Below, in pieces: positions 21,409 to 30,377 of a stretch of 64,000 nt of DNA (its first letter is position 1; every line of letters begins with the position of its first letter). Position numbers and translations under genes: made by a program. Origin of the DNA: Verrucomicrobiota bacterium (GTDB lineage Bacteria; Verrucomicrobiota; Verrucomicrobiia; Limisphaerales; AAA164-E04); contig CP170459.1 of assembly GCA_047947115.1 (NCBI GenBank), forward strand, positions 32,001-96,000, in the 5' to 3' direction. Below the pieces are notes generated by a model. It was not told the DNA's origin and searched no databases. It worked only from the letters and a program-made list of their open reading frames with translations.

Positions 21409-21852
21409 GGAGATGAGAAAAAACTAACAGGAGTCTCGGACAAAAGGCCACATTTTTTCAAAATCAATGACATGGCTTAATGGCAGGTTTAACTGAATGT
21501 TTGAATTTTTCATCCAATACTCAATCATGCATTACCGAACTATTGCAGGCACAACCTGTAGCCATCGAAGTAGCATTTGAACCGTTCACTTCACGACCTT
21601 TAACGTATTCAATGCCGCAGTAAATTTGCGGAAAAGATGGTAGAATGGATGTTCCCACCTTGGCCATTGAAAGCCGGACCTTACAGGAATGGACAGATGT
21701 GTTCTCAAGCATCAACGTTCCTCTCAACGTATCCCGAAAGCAAAAAATGATTCCAGCCGTCATTCCCCATTTTTATTGTCACATACAGCGGTTTCAACTA
21801 TAAGAAAGTAATACAAACAGAGGTTTCAAACTGACTCCACCACAACAATGAA

Positions 21853-22659
21853 ATGATGAACAGTAACACACGGAAATTTAACCGCGGTTTCACCTTGATT
21901 GAACTTTTGGTGGTCATTGCCATCATCGCCATTCTGGCTGGCATGCTGCTCCCCGCATTGAGTAAAGCAAAAGCAAAAGCCAAAGGCATCAAATGCATGA
22001 ACAACCTACGCCAGATGGGCATCGCCATGATTGCCTACACTGACGACAACGGACGCTACCCCGTCGGGATCAACCGTGACACCTCCAATGCATGGATCTG
22101 GCCGGCTTTGCTTCGAAATTACATCGGCATGGGAGACAACGTGGAACTATTCAAATGCCCCAGTGCACCGCCCGAAGCTCAATGGAAGGTGACATATGGA
22201 AGTGGATTACCTGCCAGCGATGGTTACATGGCAGATGAAGTCCGCCTGCGCCCTGGCGGTGTGAGCTTCATGAGCTATGGCTACAATGTCTGGGGCGGAT
22301 GGGCCGGACAAAACCCAAACACCGGACTTGGTGTTTACAAGGGAGACCCCATCTATGGAGGTGCCAAGGAATCGTCAGTACGCGTCCCGACAGACATGAT
22401 TGCCATCGGAGACAGCAATTGGGATCTGGAAAAGAATGGAGATCGCGACTGGAGTGGTTTCATTGGAATGTATGAAGAACGCCAATGGCCCTTGGAAATT
22501 CACGGCACACGCGCCAACATTCTGTTCGCCGACAGCCACGTCGAGGCCATCCCCCGCACCGAAATGATCGCGCAATTGGTAGAAAGCCGCGCCGAAAAAG
22601 AACGCGTCGCCCGCCGCTGGAACCGCGACCACGAACCCCACGTCACCGCCAACGAATAA
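21853..22659 (+). CDS. Prepilin-type N-terminal cleavage/methylation protein with H-X9-DG domain (DUF1559-like)
   Basis: RGFTLIELLVVIAIIAILAGMLLPALSKAK, CMNNLRQ, FKCPS, HGTRANILFADSH. Confidence 0.9.
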   Translation: MMNSNTRKFNRGFTLIELLVVIAIIAILAGMLLPALSKAKAKAKGIKCMNNLRQMGIAMIAYTDDNGRYPVGINRDTSNAWIWPALLRNYIGMGDNVELFKCPSAPPEAQWKVTYGSGLPASDGYMADEVRLRPGGVSFMSYGYNVWGGWAGQNPNTGLGVYKGDPIYGGAKESSVRVPTDMIAIGDSNWDLEKNGDRDWSGFIGMYEERQWPLEIHGTRANILFADSHVEAIPRTEMIAQLVESRAEKERVARRWNRDHEPHVTANE

Positions 22660-22666
22660 AATGTGA

Positions 22667-22780
22667 AAAAGGTAGAACGGAGCAGCTTGTCCACGCGACT
22701 GCGTGGATCTCGGCGCGCAATCCTCAGGGCTCTCATAGCTGAATACCATTCCCAAAGGAAACTCATCACCTCGCCCCAAA
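22667..22780. repeat. Dispersed repeat, copy 1 (GTAG-REP-like); related copy at 60481-60572
   Basis: AAAAGGTA plus identical 17-mer TCTCGGCGCGCAATCCT (22708-22724 = 60499-60515), with degenerate similarity downstream. Confidence 0.65.
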
Positions 22781-22821
22781 ATGGCTGATGAAAGCAGGTT
22801 TACCAAAACGTTTCCCAGGAA

Positions 22822-22855
22822 TATCCAGAGCGGTGGCGAGCCACCGCAGTCCAGA
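22822..22855. repeat. REP-like palindrome, same family as 57222-57260 and 57381-57417
   Basis: TATCCAGAGCGGTGGCGAGCCACCGCAGTCCAGA; stem GCGGTGGC/GCCACCGC. Confidence 0.75.
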
Positions 22856-22950
22856 GTTGTCCCTCGCCTCGTCAATGCCTGCAGTTGTTTAATCGATCAT
22901 CCTGTATATCTCCCTGCCCCCGACACTGCGGCGACTGTTCATCTCGTCTA

Positions 22951-22980
22951 AAAAACTCTGCGTCTCCGCGTCTCTGCGAG
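22951..22980. repeat. CTYTGCG periodic repeat in a convergent intergenic region
   Basis: AAAAACTCTGCGTCTCCGCGTCTCTGCGAG; relatives at 42631-42660 and 59261-59288. Confidence 0.55.
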
Positions 22981-23014
22981 ATTAAAAGAACGAAATTTTA
23001 ACCCTTCACAGCAA

Positions 23015-25813
23015 TCACTCGGGTTGTTTGATGTGCAGGATCACAGGCTGCGAGCATTGACCGCCGTCTTCGGTGGTGCGGAGGTGGAATGTGCGGGTGG
23101 TTTCGGGGACCCATTTGGCGGCGGTGATGAAGAATTCGCGTTCGGTTTGGCCTTCGACAATCATCAGGCCGTTGAGTCCGATGTTGTCGACGTAGAGTCC
23201 GTGGGGCAAGTTGCGGCCGGCGTCTTCGTTGCCGAACGGGACACGGGCGTCGAATGCGTTGCGTCGAATGCGCACTCGAGCAGAAATGGTTTCTCCGGGA
23301 GCAATGGTCAATTCAAGTGGCCCATCGTTTTCTTCGGACTCATCCAGCGGCAGTACTTCCACCTGAATTTTTGCAGGCGATCCCGTTTTGACCTTCCCGT
23401 CAAACTCAAGATTCTGTTCGACGGTCGTTCCGTTGATCGTTGCGATAGCCTTGAAACCAATCTCACCTTCGGGCGTTTCAGTTGCCGTCCCCTTTGTTTC
23501 CCGCAGGTAAACCGCGCCGAAGGCTCGATGTTGTTCCGCCTGCACCAGTATGGGTGTTGGGACGCTGAAACCTTCGGGCACGTGGGTTGCTTCGATGCGG
23601 ATGGGACCTTGAAAATTGTCATGGCGTTCCACCTGAATCATGAATTCCCTTCCACTTCCCGGACTGACGTCCGATTTCCAACCTTCGACCCGTGCGGTGA
23701 ATCCGGGTTGTGACGGCCTTACGGTCAGGCGGTAATGGAAATTCTTCCCGCCAAACCCACGCACATCACTCAGCCGAACAATGTAATCCCCTTCCTTGGG
23801 CGCTTCAAAAATGAGTTTTGAATCCTTGCCCAGCTTGCGATAGGGATCATCATCGTTTTGATAATAGATCGGGAACACCGGTAGTCCATTGGGCGCCGGA
23901 TCGACTCCAGCGGGCACCGGACGAACGATGTAGCAGGGCTCCCCCAGAGCATGGGTGATCGCGGTGGTGCCAAAGTAGGTGTGTCTGTTTCCGAAACCGG
24001 GGTAAACCAGAAAACCGGAATCCGGTCCGCGAGGATACAACCAGAGTCGATTCACTTCTCCGTTGGAATAGAGGTATTCGTTCAGCTCCATTTCACGCCA
24101 GTTCTGCAATCGAAAATCACCCGACGTCGTGGAATCTTTCCCGCGAAACGTAAACCAAGAATCACGTAATGCCTGCAGACGAACGCGCTCAACAAGGGTC
24201 CCCTGCTCATTCAAAATCTCAATACGTGAATCCAGAGCCGATCCCGATTGGGAGGCATCCACTTCCACCACCCAGGTTTGACCAGCATCAGCGTGGAATC
24301 GAAAGTTGGCCTGCTTACCGGAACTGCTTAAAATCCCGGAGATCTCGACGGGAGCTACGACTTGTTGTGCCTGCGTCCATTCCTGATTGGCGCCATTTGA
24401 CTGGATAGCAACCTTCTCTTGTTTCAATGGTTCCTCGACACTTCCTGCGGACGAAGGTTCCGAAGCTTTAGAAAGCACCGGGTTTTCCTGTCCATTCATA
24501 GTCTTGGGCATATCTTTCCAGGCATGACTACCGTCCATGAAATGCACCAACGCCGCCTCACCCCCATTGGGTATACCGAGGGCCTGAGCAACGTCGGGTC
24601 CGGATCCCCATGCGTGCAGTGGGTTCAGATCGGGCAGTGACCAAACCTTGATGGAGCGGTCGGCGGATGAAGTGATCAGACGAGTTCCATCCGGTGACAA
24701 GGTCATATCCACAATGGCTCCCTCGTGTGCAAAGCGAGTATACTTCACCGGGTGAAGGATAGGCATGTCCACATCGGCCTGTTCCCACATTCTGATGCGC
24801 CGATCAGCTCCAACACCCAGGACAAATTGTCCATCTGGTGTAAACGCCACTTTGTATTGTTCGCCCTGCGGTTGGTTGAGCGTGTCGATGCGAACACCAT
24901 CCGTAACCCGCCAGATCTTTATGGTTTGATCGGCACTGGCGCTGGCAATCAACTTACCGGAAGGATGAAAGGCCAGGTCAAACACCGCTCCGTAATGTCC
25001 GTCGATCTGGAGCACTTCTTCACCCGATTCCAGGTTCCAAAATCGAATCACCCGATCATACCCTGCCGTTGCGAGGATCGTCCCGTCGGGTGAAAGGTCG
25101 GCATCATACAATAAATCGCCATGCCCTTTGCCAAATCGGCGAATCAAGTCACCAGTTTGCAAATCCAGGACACTCGCTTCTCCTCTTAATCCACTCACAC
25201 CCGATGCCACGATCACGCGGTCACCACGAATATGGACCGCTCCGACTTTTCCCGGAATGTCTTCTGTTTTCCATTGCTCGGACAAATCCGGCATGGATGC
25301 CAGTGCAACAAAACCGAACCCGGCACGCACCAGCCATTTCCCATCACCAGAAAATTCGGCAGCTGTGACAATGGGCGTCACTTTCTTCGATGGTTTCACT
25401 GGCGGCAAGGTAAGTGTCTTCAATATAGAAGTATCCTCAGAAAGCTCCGGTCCTTTGGCTCCCTCTTCGACCCATTTTACCAAAACGTCTATCTGCGACT
25501 GCTCCATTTGGGTTTCGCGCTTGGGCGGCATCTTGGGTTTGGCTTCACCGGTCAGCACCTGGATCAAGTAGCTTTCATCCGGACGGCCCGGAACGATCAT
25601 GGTCTTTTCGCTTTCGCCCCCCTTGTTGAGCGCGTGAAAGGTCTCAACAGACAACTCCGCTTCCAAATCCTGATCATTGTGGCAGCCGGCACAATAATCC
25701 CTGAGTAAGGGAGCGACATCCGCTCCAAAATCGATTTCGGCACGCGTGACAGGTATTCCCACCAAAAAGGCTGCAAGCAGCATGAACCATTTATTCAACC
25801 TATGCATCATCAT
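23015..25813 (-). CDS. Planctomycete cytochrome c + WD40 + PPC-like domain protein
   Basis: YCAGCH, KMPP, WD repeats (GH..AV..LAFHP, SASADQTIKIW), C-terminal LDSRIEI and DSKLIFEAP..GDYIVRLSDVRG. Confidence 0.85.
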   Translation of the reverse strand: MMMHRLNKWFMLLAAFLVGIPVTRAEIDFGADVAPLLRDYCAGCHNDQDLEAELSVETFHALNKGGESEKTMIVPGRPDESYLIQVLTGEAKPKMPPKRETQMEQSQIDVLVKWVEEGAKGPELSEDTSILKTLTLPPVKPSKKVTPIVTAAEFSGDGKWLVRAGFGFVALASMPDLSEQWKTEDIPGKVGAVHIRGDRVIVASGVSGLRGEASVLDLQTGDLIRRFGKGHGDLLYDADLSPDGTILATAGYDRVIRFWNLESGEEVLQIDGHYGAVFDLAFHPSGKLIASASADQTIKIWRVTDGVRIDTLNQPQGEQYKVAFTPDGQFVLGVGADRRIRMWEQADVDMPILHPVKYTRFAHEGAIVDMTLSPDGTRLITSSADRSIKVWSLPDLNPLHAWGSGPDVAQALGIPNGGEAALVHFMDGSHAWKDMPKTMNGQENPVLSKASEPSSAGSVEEPLKQEKVAIQSNGANQEWTQAQQVVAPVEISGILSSSGKQANFRFHADAGQTWVVEVDASQSGSALDSRIEILNEQGTLVERVRLQALRDSWFTFRGKDSTTSGDFRLQNWREMELNEYLYSNGEVNRLWLYPRGPDSGFLVYPGFGNRHTYFGTTAITHALGEPCYIVRPVPAGVDPAPNGLPVFPIYYQNDDDPYRKLGKDSKLIFEAPKEGDYIVRLSDVRGFGGKNFHYRLTVRPSQPGFTARVEGWKSDVSPGSGREFMIQVERHDNFQGPIRIEATHVPEGFSVPTPILVQAEQHRAFGAVYLRETKGTATETPEGEIGFKAIATINGTTVEQNLEFDGKVKTGSPAKIQVEVLPLDESEENDGPLELTIAPGETISARVRIRRNAFDARVPFGNEDAGRNLPHGLYVDNIGLNGLMIVEGQTEREFFITAAKWVPETTRTFHLRTTEDGGQCSQPVILHIKQPE

Positions 25814-25817
25814 CCTT

Positions 25818-28331
25818 TCAGTGTTGAAACAAAAACTCGCGACTTGTCATCAAAGCCCAAAACAGATCTTCCGTTGCTGTCACCAGTTGATCCGGTTCCG
25901 TTTCCTTCAAGATTTCAAGATAAGATGCACGCTCCTTCTCGCTCGGATATCGACAAAGACACCAAAGAAAGGCCTGGTCGATCAATGCCTCCGGTGATGC
26001 CTTGGCGGCCAGCAGTTGTTGAACACGGCTGCCACTGTGCTTCAACTTCTCATTGATCGCGTCACCGTTGGAAAGATGCAGCACCTGTACCAGGCTGGGT
26101 TGATTGGACCGTTCGCATTCGCAGGTGATGGCGCGTTCGTTCCGACCAAAGGTATTGAGGAAGTAAGATGCCACCGAGGCGTCGTACAATTCCAAGGCAC
26201 GGGTGCCCTCAGGGTAAAGGGAGGTTTTTTCAAAGCTTCCATCGGTCAGTTGCAATTGATCATACACATCCGCCACATCGGTGACCGAAGCGATCGCATC
26301 CTGCAATATCTCCGCCATCAATCGCCGGGGGTAATAACGGGAGAAGTACCGGGAATCCTCTTTGTTCTCCGGCAGGACCTGACTGGATCGTTGATAGGTT
26401 TCCGACTGCAGGATCAATCGCATCAACGCTTTCAAATCATAATTCCGCTCCACCAAGAACTCCGACAACTCGGAAAGCAATGCCTCGTTGGAAGCTGGAT
26501 TCGACACACGCAGGTCATCGACCGGCTCCACCAATCCCACTCCGAACAGAGCAGCCCAAATGCGATTGGCCACCGATCGCGTGAAGTAAGGATTATCGGG
26601 CGAAGCCACCCACTCGGCCACCTGAATACGCCGGTCTTCAGGTGCTTCCATGTCGAGCGGATCAGCATCCAATGGGGCGGGCGGTTGAGGTTTACCGGTG
26701 CGGGGCTGGATCAAATCACCCTGATCCTCGACATACAAGGTTCGGATCCCGTCCCCGCCCCGAGCGTCCCCACCCCAGCCCTTGGCGCGCACACGGGCAA
26801 AGAGATTGGCGAAACCATAGTATTGATCATTGGTCCATTTCTCCAGCGGATGGTTGTGGCATTTGGCACAATTGATGGAAAGGCTGAGAAAGGCCTGGCT
26901 CACGTTTTCAGCCATGGTTTCCGGATCCTGATGCAAGGCATAAAAATTCGTTTCACCGCTTTCGACGCTGTCCCCGCGGGCGGTCAACACATCCCGCACC
27001 CACACATCCCAAGGGGTGTTGCGGCGAACGTTTTCCCGGATCCATTCGTAATAGGACTTCAGTGGACCAGGACGCAAGGAACGACTGCTGACCAGAAACA
27101 CATCGGACCAGCGGTAGGACCAGTAATCGACATACGCTTCACTGGACAGCAAACGATCGATCAATTGATCGCGTTTATTGGGATCATTGGATGCTAGAAA
27201 CTCCGTGGTTTCCGCCGGCTCGGGAAGTCGACCGATGAGATCCAGAAAAACACGCCGAGCAAACGACGCATCCTTTGAACGAGGCGATGGAAGCAGTCGC
27301 AATTGTTTCAGCTGTTCCAGATTGATTTGATCTATGAAGTTCCGCGTCGGTTGTTTGGCAAATTGGACATCCTGAATGACCGATTCAAATGGCGAAGTCA
27401 CACGGGCAATCACGACCCGACTGGAGAACCAAACACTCACTGCTCCCTCTCCGCTTCCGATCACTTCCACCCTGCCGGTCGCTTCATCAACCTTGGCAAC
27501 TGTTTCGTTCACCGAAGTGAACTTGGCCCAATCCGTGACATCCTCAACCCGGCCGTCACCGTAGTGAGCACGGACGATCAAGCGCTGAACATCCCCTTTG
27601 CGCAAGATGCTGTGCGGAGGCAGGACTTCGACTCGTTGGAGTTCGGCTTCCTCAGCTTGGGGTGGCGTGGCGCCTTGAGCAATCCATTCTGCGAGGATTT
27701 GGTATTCCCTTGAATGCGGATCAAGGCGTTTTCCTCCCTTGTGACGAACTGCCATGGTGGGTTTGGTTAAAAACAAACTACGCTCCGGAGCAAGGAGTTC
27801 GATGCGGCGACCAAGGGCTTCACGCGTGATGTTGTAATGATCGGACTCCGGATCATACCCGCGCAAACTCAAGCGAAAACCACCTTTGCCGGCCAATGCC
27901 CCATGACAAGCACCCTGGTTGCATCCGGCTTTCGCCATCACCGGCAGGATATGACGATTGAAACTCCAGGCTTCCTGCTGGTCCTGACCCGATACGTTCA
28001 CGACCACCGATACTTCGCCGGTTTCCGTCACAGCTTTGATCGTCGCGGTTCCGTTTCCACTCGCATGCAGTGTTCCATTCTCATGGATGCTGGCGATCCC
28101 CGATTGAGAAGATTCCCAGGAAAGAACAGGCACTTCTCCTCGCGCAATGCCACCCAGCTCACGCACAACCATCAAGCGTTGAAATACGTCCGGTCCCTGG
28201 AGGGAGATTTGATCCGGTAGAATGCGCAAGGTTTCCTCTGCCGCCGCAGTCAGGAACGTAAGGTTTCCCCACACTATAAAACCCAGCAAGAAAGCCTGAT
28301 TCATAAATAATATACTTTTCACCTGTTTCAT
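25818..28331 (-). CDS. DUF1549/DUF1553 protein with Ig-like domains
   Basis: GCNQGACHG..GKGGFRLSL, DVTDWAKF, RRVFLDLIGRLP, CAKCHNHP, NPASNEALL, CECER. Confidence 0.9.
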   Translation of the reverse strand: MKQVKSILFMNQAFLLGFIVWGNLTFLTAAAEETLRILPDQISLQGPDVFQRLMVVRELGGIARGEVPVLSWESSQSGIASIHENGTLHASGNGTATIKAVTETGEVSVVVNVSGQDQQEAWSFNRHILPVMAKAGCNQGACHGALAGKGGFRLSLRGYDPESDHYNITREALGRRIELLAPERSLFLTKPTMAVRHKGGKRLDPHSREYQILAEWIAQGATPPQAEEAELQRVEVLPPHSILRKGDVQRLIVRAHYGDGRVEDVTDWAKFTSVNETVAKVDEATGRVEVIGSGEGAVSVWFSSRVVIARVTSPFESVIQDVQFAKQPTRNFIDQINLEQLKQLRLLPSPRSKDASFARRVFLDLIGRLPEPAETTEFLASNDPNKRDQLIDRLLSSEAYVDYWSYRWSDVFLVSSRSLRPGPLKSYYEWIRENVRRNTPWDVWVRDVLTARGDSVESGETNFYALHQDPETMAENVSQAFLSLSINCAKCHNHPLEKWTNDQYYGFANLFARVRAKGWGGDARGGDGIRTLYVEDQGDLIQPRTGKPQPPAPLDADPLDMEAPEDRRIQVAEWVASPDNPYFTRSVANRIWAALFGVGLVEPVDDLRVSNPASNEALLSELSEFLVERNYDLKALMRLILQSETYQRSSQVLPENKEDSRYFSRYYPRRLMAEILQDAIASVTDVADVYDQLQLTDGSFEKTSLYPEGTRALELYDASVASYFLNTFGRNERAITCECERSNQPSLVQVLHLSNGDAINEKLKHSGSRVQQLLAAKASPEALIDQAFLWCLCRYPSEKERASYLEILKETEPDQLVTATEDLFWALMTSREFLFQH

Positions 28332-29713
28332 GCGAACAACTCCTGGATAGGTTGACGTCCCACATCAACCAAGGGGAACGGGCGACCGGAAGGTCCGGGC
28401 AGGTGCCCTTCATGGTCGATCCCGAGTGAGTAAAAAATGGTGGCCACGATGTCGGCAGGTTCCACCGGCCGTTCGGCAGGAAACCCACCAATCGGGTCAC
28501 TTGCGCCAACAACGCGCCCTCCGTGAACCCCTCCGCCCGCGAAGGAAACGGTAAAACACTGAGGCCAATGATCGCGTCCACCAGCAGGGTTCACTTTCGG
28601 TGTTCGACCGAATTCGCTCAGGCAAGTAACCATCGTATCATCCAGCAGGCCCCGCTGGGAAAGATCTTCGATCAGGGCGGAATATGCCTGGTCATACATC
28701 GGCGCCACGATGTCCCGCATCCCTGAAATGGAAGTAAACGGTTTCGATCCATGAATATCCCAGGTCGTTTCATCGAACACGGTGAGGAAGGTATTGATGG
28801 TGATAAATCGAACCCCGTTCTCCACCAAACGACGCGCCAGCAAGCAACATTGACCGAAACGATTCATGCCATACCGTTCTCTCACCTTTTGAGGTTCTTT
28901 GGCCAGATCAAAGGCTGACCGGGCCTGTTCGCTGGTCATCATCCGGTAGGCAGCCTGAAAGTTATCATCCATCAGGCGCGCATCCTCGCTGGCTTCAAAA
29001 TCGGTGAAGGCCTGCTCCACGATGTCCCGCATCTTTCTGCGCCGTTCCAGACGACGCGCCCCGATTTGGTCCGGTGGCAGCAGATCCGGCACTTTGAAAT
29101 CCTGTTTGGAAGGGTCGGCCATCAAGGCGAACGGATCGTGCGCCTTACCGAGAAAGCCGCCTGCCTGACCATTTGGAAGATTACCGCCACCGCGTCCCAT
29201 CAATTCCGGCAACACCACAAAAGGTGGTAAGTCAGTTTTGCGCCCCCGCAGGTAACTGACCACTGCGCCTGCGTGAGGGGTCTGGATACCACCGGTGAAC
29301 CGACGACCGGTCTGCAGAATCTGCCACCCCGCGTCGTGCACCGCCGCGCCACCGTGATGCACAGATCGCACCAGGGAAAACTTGTCGGCGATCTTGGCGT
29401 GCAAGGGCAGAATCTCCGAAATATCGATATCCGGCGATTTGGTTCGGATGGGTTTGAACGGTCCACGCACCTCTCGGGCGGCGTCCGGTTTCATGTCCCA
29501 GAGATCGACATGACTAGGACCGCCGAGATTGAAGATCATGATGCAGGAGCGATCCTCCTTGGGTTTGGAAACAGCGCCGGCAGCTTTCGCCGCGAGCAGC
29601 TGAGGCAACGATAAACCGATCGCACCCAAAGCACCCACCTGCAAAAACTCACGCCGTCTCAAATGGCTACCGCCACAAAGAGACGCCTGTTTATCGGCAA
29701 GAAAATCGAGCAT
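28328..29713 (-). CDS. DUF1501 family protein with Tat signal
   Basis: RRREFLQVG, GGPSHVDLWDMKP, CLLARRLVE, EFGRTP, GRDHW; start MLDFL at 29713. Confidence 0.9.
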   Translation of the reverse strand: MLDFLADKQASLCGGSHLRRREFLQVGALGAIGLSLPQLLAAKAAGAVSKPKEDRSCIMIFNLGGPSHVDLWDMKPDAAREVRGPFKPIRTKSPDIDISEILPLHAKIADKFSLVRSVHHGGAAVHDAGWQILQTGRRFTGGIQTPHAGAVVSYLRGRKTDLPPFVVLPELMGRGGGNLPNGQAGGFLGKAHDPFALMADPSKQDFKVPDLLPPDQIGARRLERRRKMRDIVEQAFTDFEASEDARLMDDNFQAAYRMMTSEQARSAFDLAKEPQKVRERYGMNRFGQCCLLARRLVENGVRFITINTFLTVFDETTWDIHGSKPFTSISGMRDIVAPMYDQAYSALIEDLSQRGLLDDTMVTCLSEFGRTPKVNPAGGRDHWPQCFTVSFAGGGVHGGRVVGASDPIGGFPAERPVEPADIVATIFYSLGIDHEGHLPGPSGRPFPLVDVGRQPIQELFA

Positions 29714-30250
29714 GGACGGATAATAGGCACTGGTCGGCAGAATGACAATTGCGAACTGATATTGTGTTCGAGAGCGCAGTTTAATTAAAAGGATTCCCGT
29801 AGGGCCAATTTCAGTCTTGAACCCACTCCATACCTTGTAATATCCGAACAATTTTCAAGCAGAAATGGAATCGCCACCGGCACCTGAATACCTCTACCTT
29901 CCCTCGTTCCGCATCTTGTGGTCAGGGACACCATGAGGAAGAAGTTTGGGGTCGAGGTGGAACTCCCCCTCCTGGCTATGGCATCCAAATCGTCGACACT
30001 ATGGATCGTTCGGGGCCGTTCTGGGGATCAGTGATGTAATGAAGGGCAACGACCTTGCCGTCGGGCCTTTGAACTGATCAACAGTAGCCGATGTGATGTT
30101 GGACATCCTCAACAGGAACAAGATTCGCCTGCATGACCAAAGCCGTTAATAAATACGAAAGCCATTTCATGATTGATTCAGGACATACTCATGTAAGTCA
30201 ACTGATTCACAAGCGAAAAGAGGAGATCCGATGACTGCAGTACACCCCAG

Positions 30251-30277
30251 GTAGCGACGTGTCGTCCCTGACGCGTC
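30251..30277. repeat. GTAG-type REP-like hairpin
   Basis: GTAG followed by GACGTGTC-GTCCCT-GACGCGTC; resembles 60486-60509. Confidence 0.5.
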
Positions 30278-30377
30278 CCTTGGGGGTTCGAAACACATTC
30301 AACTTTCGTTTGGCGAAGCCTTTGGGACCACTTTTTTGTGAAAGCGACTGCGCTGCGGAAACATTGCTGCATTCTCC

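Noticed and set aside
22660..23014. CRISPR array
   Set aside because: Repeats are heterogeneous and not regularly spaced; no cas genes in the window
26016..27197. Long antisense ORFs (also 11982-12824, 33201-34079, 52720-53541, 59266-59895)
   Set aside because: They lie opposite well-supported genes and have no motifs; expected from codon bias
29714..30377. Long intergenic region as possible riboswitch, ncRNA or gene
   Set aside because: No recognisable RNA motif; reading frames are short and stop-interrupted; only a REP-like hairpin is supportable
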